Shown here piece by piece: positions 39,746-47,400 of a DNA stretch of 58,839 nucleotides (position 1 is the first letter of the stretch; each line of letters begins with the position of its first letter). Under the pieces are notes generated by a model that did not search any database, had not been told where the DNA came from, and saw only the letters and a program-made list of their open reading frames with translations. The position numbers were made by a program, and so were the translations under genes. This stretch comes from an uncultured virus (IMG/VR IMGVR_UViG_3300034073_005193) (lineage: Duplodnaviria > Heunggongvirae > Uroviricota > Caudoviricetes). The stretch covers positions 62,001-120,839 of IMG/VR virus record IMGVR_UViG_3300034073_005193; one strand, written 5' to 3'.

Positions 39746-41696
39746 GATGGTAAAAATTGCCAGCAGCCAGTTAACTCGAACACCTGACTATCAAGTAGTT
39801 AAGGTTGCTGGAATTTTACGTAGATTGAAAAATTGGATTAAATCTAAATTTGACCAAGAGTTTCAAAACAAAGTAACTGAATTAGAAAAGGACTCAGCGG
39901 TCCACTCTCAAACTCTTAAAGAATTACAAGAACAAATTTTAAAAGTCCAAGAAGCAATTCAAGATAAAGAGCTTGACGAATATAAAAAAGAATTAACATC
40001 TTTAAAAAAATTACTTGCCAGAGCTTTTAAAAATACATCTTCTTCTTTGACTGCGGTCTCAGAATTATCTAATGAAATTCAATCAAGATTTACATCAGAC
40101 CTAGCTAAAGACACAGATTATGTCGATAAAGTAAAAAAATGGTTAAAGGAAGATCAAAAATTTGATCTTCCTTTAAATGAATCTATTAATATTTCATTTA
40201 AAGATGTAAAATTTTATTCAGGATTGATTCCTGATAGAATTAAAAATTTTACCGAATCCAATTGGGAAAGAGGCATTTTTCCATCTTTTAAAAAAGAAAA
40301 TATTAATGTTGCAAATGTAAATAAAGAAAAACTTCAAGACAACATAAAAGCCGCAATTGTCAATGGAACAATTACAAAAGTTGAATTGCAAATGCCAGGA
40401 CCTTCCGATCGTACTAATGCTCCCGCTACAGGGGTTTTAAATTTAAGTGTAGAATCTGATTTTTATAAAATTCCAGGAACTGATTATTTTGTCAAAACAA
40501 ATTTTAAAATTAGAGATACTTCTCCTGGAAAATTCATTAAAAACCCAGAAATGTCAGTGTTTATGGTGGGCAATACCACACTAGCGCCTCCATCAGAGCC
40601 TCCGGCAAAAGTAACTGCCTCTGATAGAATTTCAATATTAAAAAACTTTGAAAATAATTATAGAATAAATTTATATAACTCCTTTATAAGGAGTGCGCAA
40701 GCAAATTTAGTTCCTGATGAAATTACCGAGCTTTCAGATTCTCAACTTGCTAAGGTAATGGAAAAAGGATATATTAAAAATAACGGTAAAGATCCTATTT
40801 TGCCAGTTTTAGCTTTTGGTTGGGCGCAAGCAGCTCATGAATCAGGAAGAAATCCTACAAGATTACACGGCAATAATATTGGTAATATTATTGCCGACTC
40901 GAAATGGATTGAATCTGGAAAGCCATTTTTTATTAAAGGTCACAGAGATTTTTCTGCGGAAGGTGAGCTTCAAGAAATTAAAGAAACCAAATGGAAGGCA
41001 TTTTCCACTCCAGAAGAAGGGGCTGCCGAATACTGGGGTTTGTTAAATAGAAAATATCCAAACACTTTAAAATGGGCGGCAGGAGGGGACCCTCAAAGTG
41101 CAGTTATTGATTTAGCTACTGGATATAAATATCAGTATTATACTGGAGAAATTGATAAATATTCTTCAAGCATAAAGTCATTGTATAATACTTTTATGAA
41201 AAATTTAGCACATAATTTTCCTCATTTGTCTAAGGAGACTATACAATTAGATGAGAGTCCATTAGAAATTAAAAAATGGAGAGCTGAATATGAAACGGAA
41301 AAAAAATCTTTTGCTTTGACGGCGCTAATAAAAGAAGCTCTTGATAAGAAAAGCAATCAAAGATCTGATGTTTTAATAAAAATAGAAGGCAGTGATTTAA
41401 CAGACAATTTAGAATATGCTTCAAATTTATCATTTTTAATTCAAGATTATTTAAATGGCACAACAAAAATAAAAGAAAAAGATAATAAATTATACATTGA
41501 AGCATACTCTTATTGTGGTCAGAATTTTAAACATGGAATAGATGAACTATCAGAACTTTTATCTAAAGAAATTAATAAAAAAATTAATAAAAATGTCTAT
41601 GCAATTTCAGCTGAAAATATTATAAGTTTTGCCGAAGAAATTAACAATGAAACTTTATCCTCTAACCACAGAAAATTTATTATAAGGTACTCATGA
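39738..41696 (+). CDS. virion-associated protein with GH73/FlgJ-like glucosaminidase domain
   Basis: WAQAAHESG, NNIGNI, WKAFSTPEEG..EY..LL..KY, YYT...Y. Confidence 0.7.
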   Translation: MIEMVKIASSQLTRTPDYQVVKVAGILRRLKNWIKSKFDQEFQNKVTELEKDSAVHSQTLKELQEQILKVQEAIQDKELDEYKKELTSLKKLLARAFKNTSSSLTAVSELSNEIQSRFTSDLAKDTDYVDKVKKWLKEDQKFDLPLNESINISFKDVKFYSGLIPDRIKNFTESNWERGIFPSFKKENINVANVNKEKLQDNIKAAIVNGTITKVELQMPGPSDRTNAPATGVLNLSVESDFYKIPGTDYFVKTNFKIRDTSPGKFIKNPEMSVFMVGNTTLAPPSEPPAKVTASDRISILKNFENNYRINLYNSFIRSAQANLVPDEITELSDSQLAKVMEKGYIKNNGKDPILPVLAFGWAQAAHESGRNPTRLHGNNIGNIIADSKWIESGKPFFIKGHRDFSAEGELQEIKETKWKAFSTPEEGAAEYWGLLNRKYPNTLKWAAGGDPQSAVIDLATGYKYQYYTGEIDKYSSSIKSLYNTFMKNLAHNFPHLSKETIQLDESPLEIKKWRAEYETEKKSFALTALIKEALDKKSNQRSDVLIKIEGSDLTDNLEYASNLSFLIQDYLNGTTKIKEKDNKLYIEAYSYCGQNFKHGIDELSELLSKEINKKINKNVYAISAENIISFAEEINNETLSSNHRKFIIRYS

Positions 41697-42025
41697 GTGA
41701 AGAAGTAAAATTACATCCATATGCTGCGGCTATTCTCCACTATTTAAAAGGTAAAAAAATAGAAGTTAACAGCGGAGACGTGAAAACTATTTTCAAATTT
41801 GCAGAATCGGATGTAAACCAAAAAAATGTTATCAGAGGCACCTTAGAAGATGCCATGGGTGATGCGCTAATAGTTTCCATAGAAAAAAATAAAAAAAATA
41901 CTAGAATTTTTCTAAATGTATGGTCAATTAAATCTATTCTTCCAATAGAAGAAGATTTATTTGTAAAAGATGTTTACGAAGATGAGTATGAAGGCTTTGC
42001 TAAAAATAAAAATAAAAAATTATGA
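41693..42025 (+). CDS. hypothetical protein, possible Sm/LSm-like fold
   Basis: LKGKKIEV...IRGTLEDA.GDALIV...IFLN..SIKSI pattern. Confidence 0.55.
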   Translation: MSEEVKLHPYAAAILHYLKGKKIEVNSGDVKTIFKFAESDVNQKNVIRGTLEDAMGDALIVSIEKNKKNTRIFLNVWSIKSILPIEEDLFVKDVYEDEYEGFAKNKNKKL

Positions 42026-42447
42026 TTAAAAATGCTTACATAAAAAAAATAGATGAAAAAACCTGGAGAGTTTATTCTCAAAAGGGTAAAAATTTAGGAA
42101 CCTTTAAATCTTTAAAGGCTGCAAAAGATCATTTGCAAGAAGTAGAATTCTTTAAAAATAAAGATCTAAACAAAAATGCACGTTCTGATTTCTATCAAAA
42201 AATTATTGAAGCAAAAGAGCACAACCACAAGCACCACAAGCACCACAAGCACGATGAAGAAAGTACTTACTCTGCTCTTTTAAGAAAAATTAATAAAGAA
42301 AATCCGGAAAACATTAAAAAAGTAATGTCTAATTTTAAAAAAATTTTTGAAAATGCTTTAAAAGATGAGACGCCATTGGATGAAATTGAAAAAGTTTGTT
42401 TATTAGAATTGCAGGCTAAAAACAAATCAAAGGTTGAAGATGAATAA
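42022..42447 (+). CDS. hypothetical head-region protein with His-rich repeat
   Basis: WRVYSQKGKNLGTF.S...A..HL..VEFFK module; HNHKHHKHHKH. Confidence 0.75.
   Translation: MIKNAYIKKIDEKTWRVYSQKGKNLGTFKSLKAAKDHLQEVEFFKNKDLNKNARSDFYQKIIEAKEHNHKHHKHHKHDEESTYSALLRKINKENPENIKKVMSNFKKIFENALKDETPLDEIEKVCLLELQAKNKSKVEDE
42224..42252 (+). repeat. 9-bp tandem repeat (ACCACAAGC)x3
   Basis: Encodes HKH repeats. Confidence 0.85.
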
Positions 42448-42748
42448 AAGAATGTATAAACTGGCAGCGGCAACTATTGAAATGGGATCTCCCGAAACTG
42501 CAGGAAAGGGAATTGCTGATATTGTTAAATTTTTATTGACAAGAATTTCTCCAGCAAGCAGACCCGAAGCTTACCGTAAAATGAGAGATAAAATTAAAGA
42601 ATTAGATCCTATTACCATTTCTTCTAAAAAGACACCTGCTAGCTCATCTATGGGTCAATCTATTATGTTTATAAAAACTATTTTAATTGGTCACGATAGC
42701 AGGTATATTAAATCTGTATTAGAAAATATAATTAAAAATTTAAATTAA
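42440..42748 (+). CDS. hypothetical protein
   Basis: AAGG before ATG 42440; MYKLAA. Confidence 0.75.
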   Translation: MNKRMYKLAAATIEMGSPETAGKGIADIVKFLLTRISPASRPEAYRKMRDKIKELDPITISSKKTPASSSMGQSIMFIKTILIGHDSRYIKSVLENIIKNLN

Positions 42749-42749
42749 A

Positions 42750-43508
42750 ATGTTAAACTTTAACAGAAAACCTTTTTTTGAACAAATTTATCTTGGCTCT
42801 AATCCAAAAGAGATTCAAGATTTGCAAATATTAAAAAAATCAGGTATAAATTCTTTATTATTTTTAGATGCAAAAAGCAATTTAAATGAAGCTATTGATA
42901 AATATTTTGAAAATAATACGGTAATTCCAATTGATTTATCTAGTCAAGATGTTCTTAAATATTTAGAAAGAAACTTGAGATCCATTTTAACCAAGCAGCC
43001 AATTTATATTGCTTCTGATATAAAATCAAAGCTTGGATTGGTTATTGGTATGTATAAAATATTAAAATTAAAAAATATAAAATTTGATAATTTATTACAA
43101 GAAATAACAAATTCTCCTATTATTAGATATGGTCAAGACAATGTTCCCCCTCAGATTATAAAAAGATGGAATGAATTTTTAAAAAATATGATTTCTCCAT
43201 CAAAAAGTCCAGAAGAAGCCTTGGAAAAAGAACTAGAGGACAAATTATCAATTCAAGATGGAAAACTAGATAATTTTAATATTAGACCTTTGTTATATAA
43301 AATATATGAAATAAATAATGAAAATTTACCTTCCTTTGCCCCACACGCTGATACGCCGATAATTTCTTCCGATCCTAGCTTAGAAATAGCATCAAATGAA
43401 AATTCATATGATACCATGCCTCAAATAGGTCAATACAGTAATTTAGGACCAATCAGAGGAGCCGGAGCAGTTGAAGGCGCAGGACCACTCAATATTTTTC
43501 AATACTAA
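42750..43508 (+). CDS. degenerate dual-specificity/tyrosine phosphatase-like protein (no catalytic Cys)
   Basis: IYLGS.P....L..LKKSGI..LL.L and PIYI.......G...GMY match the DSP scaffold; HCx5R absent. Confidence 0.55.
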   Translation: MLNFNRKPFFEQIYLGSNPKEIQDLQILKKSGINSLLFLDAKSNLNEAIDKYFENNTVIPIDLSSQDVLKYLERNLRSILTKQPIYIASDIKSKLGLVIGMYKILKLKNIKFDNLLQEITNSPIIRYGQDNVPPQIIKRWNEFLKNMISPSKSPEEALEKELEDKLSIQDGKLDNFNIRPLLYKIYEINNENLPSFAPHADTPIISSDPSLEIASNENSYDTMPQIGQYSNLGPIRGAGAVEGAGPLNIFQY

Positions 43509-43509
43509 T

Positions 43510-44241
43510 ATGATTGACAAGTTAGCAGCATCATTAGATATGTCTTTTAAAGTTCCAGATTCTGAAAAAAGAATCGCTCAAACATCTTTGAGGAACTTTT
43601 TAACTACCGTAAATGGTCTTTCCATTGCCAAAGACCATTTGGATTTAATGTATGGTCCATTTAAGAAAGCTCAATCTATTTCAGTAGAGGCTTTGACAAA
43701 ATTTAGGGGAAAGTTAAATAGATTTAAAAATCAAATGAAAAAAAATTTTAAAAAAGTAAGAGAACATGCTTTTAATGCATTAAAAACTTTTAATTATTTT
43801 TCAACTGATACTCATTGTATAGAATTAATTAATGCTTTCAAAGAGTCAATGAATGATTTAATTCAATCGGTTATTAAGTTTATTGAAATTTTAAATGATT
43901 TTAAAGTAGATGACTTTAAAGATAAAGTTATTATTGCCATTGATAATATCAAAAAAGAATCGGCTCAAATAGAATCTTTAATTAGAGATAGGATTATTGA
44001 TCATATTAAAAAGAATATAATTGGAGAAAGTTGGATCACTAGCGATAATAATGTTAAATCTTTGGAAGAAAAAGTTCCAATGGTTATAGAGATTTATAAA
44101 AAAATTAATGAGGGCAAAGATTTGAATGATCACGAAAGCTTTGTTCAAATTCAAAAAAAACCACAAAGTTTAAATTTCAGCGACTCTCAAAGAGTTTTGT
44201 ATCCTCAAGATATGAGACAAGAAGGTCAGACCAGCACATAA
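43510..44241 (+). CDS. hypothetical helical protein
   Basis: ATG 43510 just after the previous stop; MIDKLAAS. Confidence 0.75.
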   Translation: MIDKLAASLDMSFKVPDSEKRIAQTSLRNFLTTVNGLSIAKDHLDLMYGPFKKAQSISVEALTKFRGKLNRFKNQMKKNFKKVREHAFNALKTFNYFSTDTHCIELINAFKESMNDLIQSVIKFIEILNDFKVDDFKDKVIIAIDNIKKESAQIESLIRDRIIDHIKKNIIGESWITSDNNVKSLEEKVPMVIEIYKKINEGKDLNDHESFVQIQKKPQSLNFSDSQRVLYPQDMRQEGQTST

Positions 44242-44248
44242 GGATTTT

Positions 44249-44383
44249 ATGGGATTCATCAAAATAGGCGATGCAACGCCAATTTTAAAAGTGTTAAGCG
44301 AAGAAGAACTTAAACAAGAAAAAAATAAAATTAAAAAAGAAAATCAAGAAAATATTAATTCAGATAATAGCAATAAAAAATAA
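44249..44383 (+). CDS. small hypothetical protein (44 aa, MGFIKIGDATPI...)
   Basis: TAAGGA before ATG 44249; TAA 44381-44383. Confidence 0.6.
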   Translation: MGFIKIGDATPILKVLSEEELKQEKNKIKKENQENINSDNSNKK

Positions 44384-44440
44384 CACATGCTATTAAGCTG
44401 ACATATTGAAGTGAAGTTTTTATGGATAAAAGGATTGTAA

Positions 44441-47400
44441 ATGTTTGTAAAAATAGGTGAAGCAATTTCCATTACCGCTGCGGATATTGAAAATTCTGAA
44501 AATGTACTTTCAGATCCGGAAATTCAAAATAAATTTGAAAAAATTGCAAAAGAATTAAAAATTATTGCCCCTAAAGGAGATGATTTTCTTTATTTTAGTG
44601 CAGTAATGATGCATGCAGCTGAACATGCTGCTCTTAATGATGATGGTTCTTTTAAAGTAACAGCTTCGGGGGATCCAGTTAAAGTTTGGTGGGAGAAAAA
44701 AGGAGAGTCGGTAATTTGGAAAAGCAATGATTCAAATTTGCGACCATATAAAAATAACAATTGTTTCATTGCTGGAACTAAAATTTTAATGTCCGATGGT
44801 TCCGTTAAGAACATTGAAGATATTCAAGTAGGCGATGAAGTAATCACGCATAAAAATAACTTTAAAAAAGTTTTAGAAATTTCTCACAGACCCTATAGTG
44901 GAAAATTATTAACTTTAAAAATTAAAAACAATGAAAAAATACATTGTACTCCAGAGCATCCATTTTATCATGCAGATTTATCTGGTTATTATACTAAAGG
45001 TTTAAAGTCTTTAACAGAAAGAAAAAAGAACAGCTCTTCTTTTAAGACTGCTTTTAAATTTTCTGAAATTAATAAACTATCAGTAGGAGATCTTCTAACC
45101 TCTCCGGTAATTAGACATGAGATTTCTACTGGAACAATTAATCCTAATCGAGCTAAAATTCTTGGAATCTTTGCAGCTGAAGGATGTTATACTAAAAAAT
45201 ATGACAAAAGACAGGGTATTAGATTTACCATAGGCATACATGAAGAAAAAACCGCTTCAAGCATTAAAGAAGTATTTGAAGAGGAATTCCCAGAATGTTC
45301 TGTCAGAGTTTTACCGGAGCCCGAGCGCTCTGTTATTTCTATCACTGCCACCGGAGGAAATATTGCTGAATATTTCTTCTATCACGTAGGAGAAATGTCA
45401 GACCAGAAAAAATTAAGTAAAGAACTAGTTTACGCAGATGAAGATTCTAAAAAAGCGTTCTTGTCTGGATATATTGATGGTGATGGCTGCCTAACGGATT
45501 ACAATAAATTAATTATAATTACAACCTCTCCTCACCTAGCCTACCAAACAAGAACAATGTTAAATTCAATGAACATTGGGTCTTCATTGCGTAGAAAAAA
45601 TACGAGTGAAGGAAAAATAAAAATATTACAAAATTATAAAGAATATAATTGCAAAGACCATTATCGAGTAGAGATATACGGTGATGCTTATAAAAAATTA
45701 GAACTAGAAAAATATACTAATAAATATAAATTTAAAGATTGCACTCATAGAGTTATATCTAACTTTGAAAAAGATCATTGCCTTCATGTTATAACGGGAA
45801 TAGAAGAAAATGATTTTAATGGAATGGTTTATAATTTTGAAGTTGAAGATGATCATTCCTACGTTGCAAATGGTATAGTTACTCATAATTGCGACATTTT
45901 CCCCGAATCCGAACTTATTGCTGCCCACAAAAGATGGGTAGGCAAGCCTTTATGTCTTGATCATAAAAGCTCTTCAGTTGATATGATTCGAGGGTTAATC
46001 GTAGATACTTATTATGATAGAAAATTAAAAAGAGTTGTTGCACTTTGCGCATTGGATAAGAAAAATTATCCAGATTTAGCCAGAAAAGTATCAACCGGTT
46101 ATGCTGCGTCTGTTTCAATGGGAACAGGAGTTGGCAAGGCAATTTGTTATGATTGTGGCAACGTTGCTAGAACAGAACATGATTTTTGTTCTCACATGAA
46201 AAATAAATCATGTTACGGGGAAGTTAATTTGGATCTTAATCCAATAGAACTATCCATTGTTGTCAACGGAGCAGATCCAAAAGCAAAAATTAAAACAATT
46301 ATTGCTGCTGCAAATAGTATAGCAAAATATGTTGAAATGAAAGAAGATGAACTTTCTAAAGTGGAGCCAGAATTAAAAAATAATCGTTTTAAAGATATGC
46401 TCTCATCTTTAGAAAATGTTACAGCGCAATTAAATCAATTAAAAGAGGAAATTGAAAAGCTGTCAGAAGAAATGCAAGGCGAGGAAGAAACCTCTTCAGA
46501 AGATTCAAGTGATAGTTTAGAAAAGGAAGCTTCTGATAAATCATCGGAATATGCACTAAAAAGCATTTCCAATAAATTAGATACAATATTTGAAAAAATT
46601 AACAAACTTTATAGTTTTAATAAGGATGAACAAATGACTACTAAGAAACAAGCTTATTTCCAAGGTGGCGGCGGAATGAACGAGCCACAAACATATGCAA
46701 AAGAAGATGCGGATACAATTCGTAATACCAAAGATAAACAAATGGGCGGTCAAATGAATACTGGTCCAGTTGACGGAATGCATCCAGGATATGAATCTTT
46801 TGGCGAATCAGAAGAAGCACGCAAACGTAGACTTCAACGCTTAGCTGAAGAAGAAATGCGTTCAATTCGTCGTCAAGCAGCATTAGAAGTTGCCAAAGAA
46901 AATCTTGCCAAAAAGCAAGCATATTTCCAAGGCGGTGGTGGTGCAAATGAACCACAAACCTATACAAAAGAAGATGCTGATAAAATTCGTAATACTCAAG
47001 ATAAGCAAATGGTTGGAGCGTCTCCATTTCCCAATACCGGTGATGTAGACGGTTTATTTCCAGGCGACCAAGATAAAAAAGAAAAACTTTCTCGTGCAAA
47101 ACTCACTGCACGTTTCTTAAAAGCAGCTGCAGCTAATGGTAATGACGATCTTGCAAATTCACGCTGGGAAGTTTTTGCTGATAAAAAACTCGTTTTCTCA
47201 GCTAGCGTTAATGAAATTACTGGTGGTCGCTCAAATGCCCTTTATGATTCAGTTGCTAATGAGGGCTTTGGTCGCTCATTAATTGCAAAAATCCGAACTA
47301 ATGGCTTGGAAAAAGTTGCCACCATGTATAAATCAGCACAAGCAGCACCACCTGCCCCAATGGCAGCCCCCGCTCCAATGGCAGCTCCAGCACCTGTTCC

